64,000 bases of DNA from a virus. Lineage: Duplodnaviria > Caudoviricetes. The notes under the pieces are model-generated. The model was given only the letters and a program-made list of their open reading frames with translations, had not been told where the DNA came from and did not search any database. The stretch lies in IMG/VR virus record IMGVR_UViG_3300017569_000129, positions 488 through 64,487 of that record; one strand, 5' to 3'. Both the position numbers and the translations under genes were made by a program. Below are positions 37,797-46,910 of this stretch, piece by piece (position 1 is the first letter of the stretch; each line of letters begins with the position of its first letter).

Positions 37797-38195
37797 TTAA
37801 GATTTATTAGAATCCATGTTATCCCAATTTTTCTTGAAGAAGAGACTGTATAACATAGCAGTAAAGAACTGAGTGCTTTCATTTACAGAAACAGGGTCAT
37901 GTTTCTTTGACAACAATTCAAAAGTCTTATTGATATAAAACTCTTTGTCTTCCATTCTCTCGAAGCAAGGACTGTTGTCAAACACACCGATAATGGCTTG
38001 CTTGAGTTTTTCTTCCTTTGGCGTAAACTCTTCCATCCGCTGTAGCCGCTCGTTAGCGAATGTCTTGAATGTCAACCTGTAATTTTTAAGGTTAACTTCA
38101 ATCATATCTTCCGTGAGTGGCTTGTCCCCAACAAATAAATTGAAATTGTTGGCTGAGAACCTGTGGAGATAGTCTGTGAAATCTTTATAGTTCAT
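37797..38195 (-). CDS. Hypothetical protein (132 aa)
   Basis: ORF immediately upstream of thyX. Confidence 0.6.
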   Translation of the reverse strand: MNYKDFTDYLHRFSANNFNLFVGDKPLTEDMIEVNLKNYRLTFKTFANERLQRMEEFTPKEEKLKQAIIGVFDNSPCFERMEDKEFYINKTFELLSKKHDPVSVNESTQFFTAMLYSLFFKKNWDNMDSNKS

Positions 38196-38295
38196 TCTTA
38201 TTCCTCCTTATTTGTTTGCCATTCATTGTGGCATGATTTTTGTTATAGTTTTATTGTTATATAACATATTGTCTCATTTAAAACGTTTTAGAATT

Positions 38296-38427
38296 ATGGC
38301 AAAAATTGCGATTCAGGAAAGGTACAGACGTGCTGATAAAGGCACTTACTGTACAAAGGATTACGCTGAAAGACACCCAAGCACTACTATTCGTGAAACT
38401 CGGAAGATAACCAAGTCAAAGCATTGA
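38296..38427 (+). CDS. Small basic protein (43 aa) MAKIAIQERYRRADKGTYCTKDYAERHPSTTIRE...
   Basis: AT-rich leader then ATG; resembles R.A..G.F.T..YA..HP.TT..E small proteins; opposite to the surrounding genes. Confidence 0.55.
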   Translation: MAKIAIQERYRRADKGTYCTKDYAERHPSTTIRETRKITKSKH

Positions 38428-38761
38428 ACAGGACATCTTCAAATACATAGGCATAGACTTCCTCTGTTTCGATGGAATGCTCTACGCCTATGTTTCTTAA
38501 AAGATAACTCACGGCATGGAATATCTCATGTGCCAATACCGTCTGCCCTTCCACCCCTTTTATAGGCTTTTTGCCATATATGACAGCATCACCAGTTGAC
38601 ATATTTAGGGTTATCATTGTGGTATTGTCCATCATGCTTTCCTTGATTTCATCTAAAAATCCATCCGCTTTCAGCTCTTCTTTCAGTTCTTCAAAAGAGC
38701 CAAAAAATATTTTTATTCCGTGCTTGAATATATCTATCGGAAAGTTTTTTGTCATACTCAT
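38387..38761 (-). CDS. Small zincin-like metallopeptidase (124 aa)
   Basis: LAHEIFHAV and EEVYAY. Confidence 0.7.
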   Translation of the reverse strand: MSMTKNFPIDIFKHGIKIFFGSFEELKEELKADGFLDEIKESMMDNTTMITLNMSTGDAVIYGKKPIKGVEGQTVLAHEIFHAVSYLLRNIGVEHSIETEEVYAYVFEDVLFNALTWLSSEFHE

Positions 38762-39495
38762 TCTTCCTCATAATCGTCAGTCGTTCCTATCAGCTTGGCG
38801 GTCTCTTCGTTGTAGGGGACTATCTCCGCCCAGCTGTCGTTAAGGCAGCAGTAGGGAAACTCCTTGTCATGCTTGTTATAGTATGAGAATATCTGCGCCT
38901 TCCAACAAGGATAAGGAGACCTCATGCAATCAGCGCCATCCTTGAAGTCCTTTACTATCACCCTGTCAAACGGCAGGAACCAGTGTATGATTTTCCGCTT
39001 GCTCGTGGAATAGTGCAGGTGGTTAGGATGTAAACGTATTTCATTCCATCCGTCTATTACATCTGGAGTTGCAATGTGGTATGCCCCTGCATTAGCGCAA
39101 GAAATAGTGATATAATGCTCAGAATCATTATGATAATCATCATCAACCATATAAACAGCATTGCCACTTATTACTACATCTCCAAATTTGAACTTGGGCT
39201 GCTCTTTCTTTGGCACTTCAAATTTAGACCAGTCGCGCACTTCCTTTGATGGGAAGAGCAGGCACTCGCCGTACTCGTCATACCTGCCATCTTGATAGAA
39301 CTCCCACACATCGTTGCAGTTGTCCGTCACTTCGATGTAGCCGTCCGCGTTTGACGATTGGCGCAGCTTCACTTCTCCGCAGATGGGCGAGTAGAGCTTT
39401 GTTCCTTCAGGACAATCCTTTAGAATTTTTGAGATGTCTGTCATTTCTTGCTTGGCGCAAAACCTAAGATCTGTCAAATTGTTTTCTTGTTTCAT
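38758..39495 (-). CDS. Bacteroidota phage hypothetical protein (245 aa)
   Basis: ILKDCPEGTKLYSPICG, LLFPSKEVRDWSKF, PFDRVIVKD and PYNEETAKLIGT. Confidence 0.75.
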   Translation of the reverse strand: MKQENNLTDLRFCAKQEMTDISKILKDCPEGTKLYSPICGEVKLRQSSNADGYIEVTDNCNDVWEFYQDGRYDEYGECLLFPSKEVRDWSKFEVPKKEQPKFKFGDVVISGNAVYMVDDDYHNDSEHYITISCANAGAYHIATPDVIDGWNEIRLHPNHLHYSTSKRKIIHWFLPFDRVIVKDFKDGADCMRSPYPCWKAQIFSYYNKHDKEFPYCCLNDSWAEIVPYNEETAKLIGTTDDYEEE

Positions 39496-39535
39496 AATCA
39501 GTTGTTGTTTTGCTTGTTATATCATTTATTTTCAG

Positions 39536-39616
39536 TACCTTTGCAGCGGTGAATCATGCGGAGCAAACCTCCTTTCATGGGCGTCGGCACTTGCAAAATG
39601 GCTGACGCCCTTTTAT
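39536..39616 (+). ncRNA. Candidate ~65-nt small RNA with its own promoter and terminator
   Basis: TACCTTTG at 39536-39543; GGGCGTCGGC/GCTGACGCCC stem plus TTTT; intergenic and opposite to the flanking genes. Confidence 0.5.
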
Positions 39617-39635
39617 CTTCTACCGCTTTAAGCGC

Positions 39636-40043
39636 TTAGCATAGTCTGTATTCCTTTTCGGTGATACTCTCTATCTTCATGTCATAGCCTTCACGGGAGT
39701 AATTTTGTGCCCTTGTGTTGGCCTCGGTGAGGGAGTGCGCCCAAAGCAGTGTCTTGTAGCGCATGATTTTCTCGTTGCCCTTGTCATCGACATAAACAGC
39801 TTTGAGAGCGACTATATAGGACTGCTCCTCATCATCAGACTTGCTGTTGAGAAACTCCTTTATAGGAGCGTGCCTGAGACTGATGATGTCGTAACCTGTA
39901 ACATCTGACGCGCTCTCAAGGAAGCCCATAACATCATACTCAGCTTCCGCAAAGAACTCCATGTCAGCAAGGAAGAGCTCTATGGAAGTCCTTGACTTGC
40001 CGTTGACATTCCGTGTGATTCTTGTTTTTATCTCTATTAGCAT
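39636..40043 (-). CDS. DUF4494-like protein
   Basis: E.FLAD..FAEAE..V, DDKGNEK, L.WA.SL.EA and IESITE pattern. Confidence 0.7.
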   Translation of the reverse strand: MLIEIKTRITRNVNGKSRTSIELFLADMEFFAEAEYDVMGFLESASDVTGYDIISLRHAPIKEFLNSKSDDEEQSYIVALKAVYVDDKGNEKIMRYKTLLWAHSLTEANTRAQNYSREGYDMKIESITEKEYRLC

Positions 40044-40067
40044 AATATTCGGTTTTAGCGGTTACAG

Positions 40068-40316
40068 TTATTCCTCGACAACAGCGAAGTCATCAATGTC
40101 CCAATGGCGGAGAACAGGGTCAAGGCTGACTTGTTCCTTTGCCGCTGCAAAAAGCTCCTCCTGCGTGTATTCCGTTTTTGGAGGCATGAGTAGAATGACC
40201 GGCTTACTAACTGTTATGTTAAGTACCACAGGAACCTCTACAGGAGGCTCCTCGTTCCAGGGAGCGTCAGGATGCCCTGACGTTCCAGCTGGAAGATTAT
40301 TGTCCAAGTATGCCAT
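40068..40316 (-). CDS. Hypothetical protein (82 aa)
   Basis: NLPAG...PDAPWNE motif. Confidence 0.65.
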   Translation of the reverse strand: MAYLDNNLPAGTSGHPDAPWNEEPPVEVPVVLNITVSKPVILLMPPKTEYTQEELFAAAKEQVSLDPVLRHWDIDDFAVVEE

Positions 40317-40326
40317 TTCAGTTGAT

Positions 40327-40593
40327 TTACTGGTTTAAATTATCAAGAGCGCCAACAGTGTAATGCTCCACGCTCTTCTTGTAGTCTATGTAGCTTCTTT
40401 TGAAGCCCTGCCACTTCTGCAGAATCTCATTCGCCGTGGTGTCAGGAGCGATTCCCACCATCGGAACGCCATTGAAGGCGTAGTAGAGCTGGTTGTTGAA
40501 CTCCATGAGCGTGTAGGAGTCCTCAGCCTCCTGTTCGATGGCCTTGCAAAGGGCCGCTTTCCTGTTTTGCTTGTAGTTGCTTAAAAATTCCAT
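40327..40593 (-). CDS. Hypothetical protein (88 aa)
   Basis: ORF tiling. Confidence 0.6.
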   Translation of the reverse strand: MEFLSNYKQNRKAALCKAIEQEAEDSYTLMEFNNQLYYAFNGVPMVGIAPDTTANEILQKWQGFKRSYIDYKKSVEHYTVGALDNLNQ

Positions 40594-40604
40594 AGTCGAT
40601 TTTA

Positions 40605-41006
40605 TTATTCAATGTTAGCGGACATGCTGTCAAAAGAGGAGCAGCCTATGACACAGGAAGACTGTATCCTGGCGAGCATCCTCACTTCAGCGATGGTGGA
40701 GCAAAGCTCCTCGATGAACTCTTTTGAGGACAGTATCTCCTCAATCAGGTCAGGATTGTCCTTAGCGTACTTCTCATTCTCATGCAGCCTGACAAGAGTC
40801 TTCTGCTTGTAGTCCATGAGCTTGTCAATGACTTTATCAAAGTCCTCATCTTTCAGCTCCGTGAGCTGATTGTCCTCATCGGCATGGACAATGTGCAGGT
40901 TCTCCCAGAGAGCCTGGTACAGGTCAGTGTTCCTGCTGTAGGAAATGAGAAGCCTGTCTTTCTTCGTGTCCTTGTCCTTGAGGTAAATGTTCAAATAGCT
41001 TGACAT
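40605..41006 (-). CDS. Hypothetical protein (133 aa)
   Basis: ORF directly downstream of polA. Confidence 0.65.
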   Translation of the reverse strand: MSSYLNIYLKDKDTKKDRLLISYSRNTDLYQALWENLHIVHADEDNQLTELKDEDFDKVIDKLMDYKQKTLVRLHENEKYAKDNPDLIEEILSSKEFIEELCSTIAEVRMLARIQSSCVIGCSSFDSMSANIE

Positions 41007-41037
41007 GTCTTTTTGATTTAATTGTTAGTTTCAGTTG

Positions 41038-43074
41038 TCAGTGCACCCAGTGGTCAGGCAAGGAACCGTCCTTGTTGCGGGACACATCGGCGTCCAGCCT
41101 GCATCTTGTGCAGAACACCTTGCCTGCGTTTATCATGCAGGAGTGCACTTTTTCAGCGATTTCCTCGGCTATTTCAGCGGGAGCCTCACAGTTAATCTCA
41201 TCATAAGGAGTGACGCAGATGAGGACTTTGCCGATGAGGTTGTTGTCCCTCAGATACTCAAAGAACTCTATCATGGCATATCTGAGGCACATTGACCCTG
41301 TAGCCTGAATAGGGTAGTTGATGCTCTGCCTCTCGGACTCTGACTTCCTTTTGAAGAATCGCCTGACTTTCTGCACGGTGTCGCATGAGGGGTCTGACTG
41401 CTTCATCTCCCTGTAATGATCCCAGAAACCTTCAGTCCTGAAGGACTCCTTAGCGGCCAGGAGCTTGTCATAGTCATATATGAAAGCCTTGTGCCCTGTA
41501 ATAGGATTGAGCAGTATATACCCTTTGTCAAACCAATCCTTCCGCCGGAAAGCCTGGTAAGCCTTGAGCCCTGAGAAGCCCTCCATGTAGGCGTTGTATA
41601 TCCTCTGCGCCTCTTCCAAAGGGATGCCCTTGTTCTGATGAATGGTGTTAGCGTCCCCGCCGTAATTGATGGCGAACTCAATCCCTTTCGCCTCCTGCCT
41701 GAGGTCATGGTATTTCTCCTTGACCTCTTTAAGGGGCGTACCTCTCGGTATCTGGGGATATGACATATAAGCTGTCAGGGAGTGCAAGTCCTGAGAGCCG
41801 TTGGTAAGCTCCTCAATGATGGCCTTGTCATTGGCGATGGAAGCCATGAGGAAACTTTCCTGCCCTGAGTAGTCGATGCTTATCCACTTGTTGCCAGGCT
41901 CCGCCACAAAGCAAGCCCTGGTCTCCTCATCCTTTGGCAGGTTGAGAAGATTGACATACTCAGTGTTGGCTCCCTTGTTTTTCCCTCCTGAAGTGATGCG
42001 TGTGGTGTCAGCCCCCATTTGCTGGTAGTTGGTGTGTATCCTGCGGGATACCGGATTGATCTGGTCAAGAAAGTTTTGTCCGTAAGTTGATGTCACCTTC
42101 ACCGCCTCCTTGTAGTTCAGATACAGCGGAATTAAAGAGCATTTGCTTTTCTGAGGCTTCAGTATCTTGGCGTCCACACTGTCCTTGAGCTTGCCTGTGG
42201 CTTTGTCCTTTGCCCTAAGGTCAAGACCGTATTTCTTGAACAGAGGTATGAGCTGTGCAGCGCTGTTCCAGTTGAGCCTCACTTGCGGCTCAAGGTTAAA
42301 GCCTGTGAACAAGTCTCCCTGACGGTCAATGAAGATGTAAGGAGAGTCAGGCTCATGCTCCACAAGCCATTTGTTACAGGCTTCAAGAGCGCTGTTCTGC
42401 CTTTCCTGGTCTTTGGCCATTTTAGCCTCCCACTTGCCAATGTCCAGCTTTATGCCGCAGTACTCGCAATAAGCGAGGGCAAGCACAAACTTGTTCTCCA
42501 CCTTTATAGCGTTCTGAAGCCCTTTCCGCTGAAGCTCTTTCCACTGGCGCAGGATGATGTCCTCAAGGTGAGCCACATCCTCGGCGGCATACACTATGAC
42601 ATCAGGCTGCAGGCCGGCGTAAATGATTTTGCCCCTGACAGACTTGTCAAGCTCAATGCCCAGATAGTTCTGCCCTGCGGACTTGAGGCTCAATGAATGC
42701 ACGCCGGCAGGATAGCCGAGCCACAGCAGCTTCTCAGCGAGAAAACCGTCATAGACAGTTTTGGGATATATGCCCTGCCTGTAAAGGAACTTGAGGTCAA
42801 ACTTCAAGTTCCATCCGAGGAAAGTCCTGCCGGACTCAAGATACTCCCTGTACAGCTGCGGCTTTACGGTGGTGCAGTCAACTACGACCTGGAAGTCCCT
42901 GTTGCCGAGCTGGATTGACAGAAGCTCTTTGGTGTAGGGATCAAGCCCCTTGGTCTCAGTGTCCAGCCCCACCACTTTCAAAGGCTCAAGCAGCGACAGG
43001 CTCTCCTCAGGAGATATGATTTTGTACATCTCATTCTCAAAGAGCTCCTGGTTCTTTGTCACTAAGTAAATCAT
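41038..43074 (-). CDS. polA: Family A DNA polymerase with 3'-5' exonuclease
   Basis: Exo motifs DTET, NLKFD, YAAED; Pol motifs DYSGQE, RQEAKGIEFAINYG, NYPIQ, YDEI. Confidence 0.95.
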   Translation of the reverse strand: MIYLVTKNQELFENEMYKIISPEESLSLLEPLKVVGLDTETKGLDPYTKELLSIQLGNRDFQVVVDCTTVKPQLYREYLESGRTFLGWNLKFDLKFLYRQGIYPKTVYDGFLAEKLLWLGYPAGVHSLSLKSAGQNYLGIELDKSVRGKIIYAGLQPDVIVYAAEDVAHLEDIILRQWKELQRKGLQNAIKVENKFVLALAYCEYCGIKLDIGKWEAKMAKDQERQNSALEACNKWLVEHEPDSPYIFIDRQGDLFTGFNLEPQVRLNWNSAAQLIPLFKKYGLDLRAKDKATGKLKDSVDAKILKPQKSKCSLIPLYLNYKEAVKVTSTYGQNFLDQINPVSRRIHTNYQQMGADTTRITSGGKNKGANTEYVNLLNLPKDEETRACFVAEPGNKWISIDYSGQESFLMASIANDKAIIEELTNGSQDLHSLTAYMSYPQIPRGTPLKEVKEKYHDLRQEAKGIEFAINYGGDANTIHQNKGIPLEEAQRIYNAYMEGFSGLKAYQAFRRKDWFDKGYILLNPITGHKAFIYDYDKLLAAKESFRTEGFWDHYREMKQSDPSCDTVQKVRRFFKRKSESERQSINYPIQATGSMCLRYAMIEFFEYLRDNNLIGKVLICVTPYDEINCEAPAEIAEEIAEKVHSCMINAGKVFCTRCRLDADVSRNKDGSLPDHWVH

Positions 43075-43217
43075 GCGAGCAGGATTGAGAGGATTACCAT
43101 AAGCAAGGCTATCGCGGCGGACACCAGCGCCGTAGCGACCACCACGGCGCAGAGGATGACCGTCAACTTGGAAAGTTGCAGAAAGACAGAACGGAACATT
43201 GATTTCAAACCGTTCAT
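43071..43217 (-). CDS. 48-aa single-TM protein (not in ORF track)
   Basis: MNGLKSMF...LVSAAIALLMVILSILLA; its TGA overlaps the polA ATG (ATGA). Confidence 0.5.
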   Translation of the reverse strand: MNGLKSMFRSVFLQLSKLTVILCAVVVATALVSAAIALLMVILSILLA

Positions 43218-43219
43218 GC

Positions 43220-43660
43220 TCATTTCTTTGAATAGGCTATAAACTCATTGAAGTCTATGACATATCTGAACTCACGGAAGAAGTGTGAGCCTAACAGACC
43301 GTGCAGGGTAATCCCCGACTCCGCCTTGATTTTGCCAAAGGCGTTCTCCATATCACAGATGAGATACTCATACTCAAAGTTGTTGCCTTTGTACGAGAGA
43401 GTTATGTCACAGAACCTCGCCAGCTTGGTCTGCCCCTCCATGCCGAAGACGTCAGAGCACTTGCAGGTCACGGTGTGCTGTATGCTGTCAAGCACGGCGC
43501 TGTGGATGATGTTGTTGTTGGAGCCAGTGTCAAGGAGGAAATTGAACCTCTTGTCCCCCTGGCACAGGGTCACTATGGGAAGCCCCGTCAAATCCATGCT
43601 TTGGCTGAAAGGCAGGGCTTCAGGCCTCCCGAAAAGGAGTTTTCTTAGTTTGTCAATCAT
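43220..43660 (-). CDS. Retropepsin-like aspartic protease
   Basis: FLLDTGS active-site motif and GLLG..FF. Confidence 0.85.
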   Translation of the reverse strand: MIDKLRKLLFGRPEALPFSQSMDLTGLPIVTLCQGDKRFNFLLDTGSNNNIIHSAVLDSIQHTVTCKCSDVFGMEGQTKLARFCDITLSYKGNNFEYEYLICDMENAFGKIKAESGITLHGLLGSHFFREFRYVIDFNEFIAYSKK

Positions 43661-43717
43661 TATACTTATAATTAAAGGTTAAAATGCAGTTAAGCTGTAG
43701 GAAAGGGGAGGGCAGGG

Positions 43718-44254
43718 TTATTTCCCTGTGCCCTCGCCAAACCCTTTCCTGTCAGGATTGCCGAGGCTTGAAACCTGCTCAATCCTGATTTTGGAACTGA
43801 AGAGCCACTTGAGCTTCTGCCAGAAGGTAGCCTTCTGCGAGAGCTGTATCCTGAACTGGCATATCCTTGTGCCTTCAGGAACAGTGATGGCTCTTGTGGC
43901 CACGGCGGGGAAGCCCCACACGTCATTGTCTCCGCTGTAGCTGTTGTCTATGACCCCTACGGAGTTAGCCTGAAGCAGCCCCGTTTTCTTGAAGAGAGAG
44001 CTTCTCGGCGCTATGACAGCCTCGAAGCCGTCAGGAAGCTGCACAGCCACTCCGAGAGGTATCACCTTGTAATCGAACAAGACCTCCCTGAAGCGGTCAG
44101 TGGCTTCAGTCTCGGCGTTCCTCTTCTTGTGCAGGCACTTGGCATAGGGAGCCTTGAAGGAGGTCTCCCACTGCGCCGAAAGGTCAATCCAGTCCCCTTT
44201 GTCTATGACCTCAGGAAGACAGACGCTGCTTTTAACCAGCGTTTTGATTCTCAT
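43718..44254 (-). CDS. dut: dUTPase (trimeric)
   Basis: APRSS, GVIDNSYSG, RICQ and RKGFG motifs. Confidence 0.9.
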   Translation of the reverse strand: MRIKTLVKSSVCLPEVIDKGDWIDLSAQWETSFKAPYAKCLHKKRNAETEATDRFREVLFDYKVIPLGVAVQLPDGFEAVIAPRSSLFKKTGLLQANSVGVIDNSYSGDNDVWGFPAVATRAITVPEGTRICQFRIQLSQKATFWQKLKWLFSSKIRIEQVSSLGNPDRKGFGEGTGK

Positions 44255-44726
44255 TGTCATTTGCTTTTGTCTTATTATTGTCAGCAGCCTTCTCAAGGCT
44301 GATTAACTTGCAGATAAGCTCGTTGTTGGTCTTGCGGAGGTTGGCCACCTGCCTCTCAAGAGCCTCGTTCTCCTGCTTGAGCTGAACCAGGTCATAGCTT
44401 TTGAGAACCTCCTCGGCCCTGGCGAGAGCGCCGGGGTCCTGCATGAGGCGGATGGTCTTGTCCAGCTTCTCGATTTTCCTTGCCTGTCCCGCCATGTTGG
44501 CCTTGAGGTTCTTGATTTTCTGCCTGTACTTGTCATCCAGCTCCTGAATGTCTTTAGGGACAGAGGCTTTCAGCCGGCAGTAGCGCTCGCTGATGTCCTC
44601 CATCTCCCACTGGAGCCTCTGGATGTACCTTTTCCGCTCGGCGTCGTACTTCTTGAACGCCGCTATGGTTCTCTTGAGCTTGAGAACCTGCTTGTCCTCA
44701 GAACTGAAAAAATCCTCGTTAAGCAT
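44232..44726 (-). CDS. Coiled-coil hypothetical protein
   Basis: ORF overlapping both neighbours; heptad pattern. Confidence 0.6.
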   Translation of the reverse strand: MLNEDFFSSEDKQVLKLKRTIAAFKKYDAERKRYIQRLQWEMEDISERYCRLKASVPKDIQELDDKYRQKIKNLKANMAGQARKIEKLDKTIRLMQDPGALARAEEVLKSYDLVQLKQENEALERQVANLRKTNNELICKLISLEKAADNNKTKANDNENQNAG

Positions 44727-45783
44727 TTTCATTCGATGTATTGTCATCATTCAAAGGATGGAGAGCCGTTATGGCGTTCACTCCACAGGGGTCAATCCCG
44801 TTAGGGACTCTCGGCCTGTCATAGAGGTAGCCGCAAAGCTCCTTCCCAATATCAAAGGGGTCCCTGTACCTGTTGCCCTTGCCGTCGATGAGAACGCCAG
44901 AGACTTTGGTATAGGGGAACCTCCACACGAGAGGGGTAAGGGTCTTCCTGTTGACAACTATAAAATGGTAGTCGTCAAGAGTGAAGTCCTTGAAGTAAGG
45001 GTCTTTGTCCATATTGGCGCGAATGTTCCTCCAATACAGACGCGACTGTATCATATAACCCCATTGCAGGAAGCTGTCCTGAAAGTTCCACTCCGAATGG
45101 GAGCTTGTCTTCAGGTCGCATGGTATCACGCGCTTCTCGTCATACAGGCAGACAAGGAGGTCAGCCATGCTGCGGTAGTCCACTCCGTCATGGGAGAACT
45201 TGAACTTGAGCTGGTAGTACCTCTGCACAGGGGAGCCAGGCTGGTTGTCAGCGAAGTACCCGCTTGTGGCGGGACTCTCGCGCAGAGCCTTCACCATGCT
45301 GAGGGCGGTGTTGTAAGTGCCAGTGTCCACAACCCTCTTGCCTTTCGCCAAGTGTATGGTGTTGTAGTATATGGGACACCTTTCCCTCAAGACCCTGACT
45401 CTTGTGTCATCCCTCCAATGGAGGTAGAAGCCTACGATGTTGGCGGCCTCAAGCACCTGCTCCGAAGGGATGGCGTCGAACTGGAAGAACATGTGCCCCC
45501 ATTTCTGGTAAAGGCCTTTCGCCGCCTGCTGCTCCTTCTCGCCTATAGGAGGAATGTCAGCCACATAGTAAAGGCTGTCAAACTCCTCTCTGCTGCCTGT
45601 AACAAGCGTGTCCACCATGCTTCCGAGCAGCAGGGAGGGAGTGTCAACATGGGCGAACAGAGTGCCGAGGTTGTCAAAGCCCTCCCTCTCGAACTTGGCG
45701 AGAGTGGAGTAGGAGAGCGCGAGGTCAGCCCTGTACTCAGGCTCCGAGACGTTCCACGCTATCTGGTCTAATGTCTTGTCCAT
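44719..45783 (-). CDS. PD-(D/E)xK RecB/RecE-like exonuclease
   Basis: LSYSTL, RSMADLL..DLKT and Y.IQSRLY. Confidence 0.8.
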   Translation of the reverse strand: MDKTLDQIAWNVSEPEYRADLALSYSTLAKFEREGFDNLGTLFAHVDTPSLLLGSMVDTLVTGSREEFDSLYYVADIPPIGEKEQQAAKGLYQKWGHMFFQFDAIPSEQVLEAANIVGFYLHWRDDTRVRVLRERCPIYYNTIHLAKGKRVVDTGTYNTALSMVKALRESPATSGYFADNQPGSPVQRYYQLKFKFSHDGVDYRSMADLLVCLYDEKRVIPCDLKTSSHSEWNFQDSFLQWGYMIQSRLYWRNIRANMDKDPYFKDFTLDDYHFIVVNRKTLTPLVWRFPYTKVSGVLIDGKGNRYRDPFDIGKELCGYLYDRPRVPNGIDPCGVNAITALHPLNDDNTSNENA

Positions 45784-45792
45784 AATTAATGT

Positions 45793-46233
45793 TTATAAGT
45801 TCTTTATTATCTCTATCGCCTGCAAGAGCTGTTTCTTTGAGAAAATCTCAAAGTACAGACTGTTGGAGCAATGCCGCTCAAGATAAGCCCTGAAGAGTTT
45901 TTTCTTCAGGGGGTAGCTGTCGTTCTCGAATCCCTTTAGTTCCATTATTATGTTCTTCCCCTTATAGGGGAACATAAGGTCAGGAGTGTAAGTGACGTTA
46001 ATGAGCTTCTTCGCGTTAGGCTTGAGCAGCCTTGTTCCATTGTCCTTGTCATAAAAGGGGACAGTGGGCTTGAACCCGTCCCAGATGACAAACTTCACAG
46101 GCTCGTACATCACGGGGAAGCCATGCTCCCTGAGAGTCTTGTAGGCCATGACCTCAAGTTTTGACTTGAAGCGTATGCCGTCATACTCCAAAGGAGTGGC
46201 GTTCTTGATTTTCTTGTTCTCAGCGCTCTTCAT
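45793..46233 (-). CDS. DUF1064-like / endonuclease I-like resolvase
   Basis: YDGIRFKSKLE, YTPDL and ELKGF. Confidence 0.75.
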   Translation of the reverse strand: MKSAENKKIKNATPLEYDGIRFKSKLEVMAYKTLREHGFPVMYEPVKFVIWDGFKPTVPFYDKDNGTRLLKPNAKKLINVTYTPDLMFPYKGKNIIMELKGFENDSYPLKKKLFRAYLERHCSNSLYFEIFSKKQLLQAIEIIKNL

Positions 46234-46903
46234 ACCATTCTATTCCATATCCGTTCTGCCCTATGAGTATCCTGTTAATGTCCAGCCAGAGAGAGGAGGG
46301 CATCTTCTTTCCCTGCCTTGCGTACCACGCGGGATGAGGGACGGAAAAGACGAAGCTGAACCTCTTGTCTATATGCCGCTCCAAAGACCGCGCCACGCTG
46401 CCCATGAGGACATACACGACACCTGGCTTGAAGCCGGACAGCTTTCTCAGGAAAGAAGTGACGAAAGGCCTCCATAAAAGGGCGTGAGACCCTGGCTGGC
46501 CTTTGGCACAGGAGAGCGCTGAGTTAAGCATCAGCGCCCCCTGCGCCTCCCACTTCTCCAAACTGGGGTCAAAGTTAACATGATTATGAGGGACAGAAAA
46601 GTCAATTACAGACTCCATTAGAACTTTTAAGGACGGAGAGTAGCTTTCCTCACGAGTGTCCTTAGCGTTGGCGAAAGCTACGCCAGTAGCTGTCGGACAC
46701 CCTTCAGACCAGTCACAGTAAGGGTCCTGGCCTATGATGACAACCCTCAAGCTCTCAAGGCCGCACAAAGTGAAAGCCCTGAAGACATCTTTGACGTCGG
46801 GGCATAGGGGCTGCCTCATAGAAGCCAATTTCCTGACGATGCTGTCAGCGAGGGGCAGGTCAAGGACATGCCGCCAGTCTCCGAAATACTCTTGTATGCT
46901 CAT
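46220..46903 (-). CDS. ung: Uracil-DNA glycosylase (family 1)
   Basis: VVIIGQDPY, ATGVAF, QGALMLNSAL, SH..LW and HPA. Confidence 0.9.
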   Translation of the reverse strand: MSIQEYFGDWRHVLDLPLADSIVRKLASMRQPLCPDVKDVFRAFTLCGLESLRVVIIGQDPYCDWSEGCPTATGVAFANAKDTREESYSPSLKVLMESVIDFSVPHNHVNFDPSLEKWEAQGALMLNSALSCAKGQPGSHALLWRPFVTSFLRKLSGFKPGVVYVLMGSVARSLERHIDKRFSFVFSVPHPAWYARQGKKMPSSLWLDINRILIGQNGYGIEWYEER

Positions 46904-46910
46904 TACTACG

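Noticed and set aside
44593-45771. 392-aa + strand ORF and many other antisense ORFs in 41000-59300
   Set aside because: Shadows of motif-bearing minus-strand genes; no recognisable motifs or leaders
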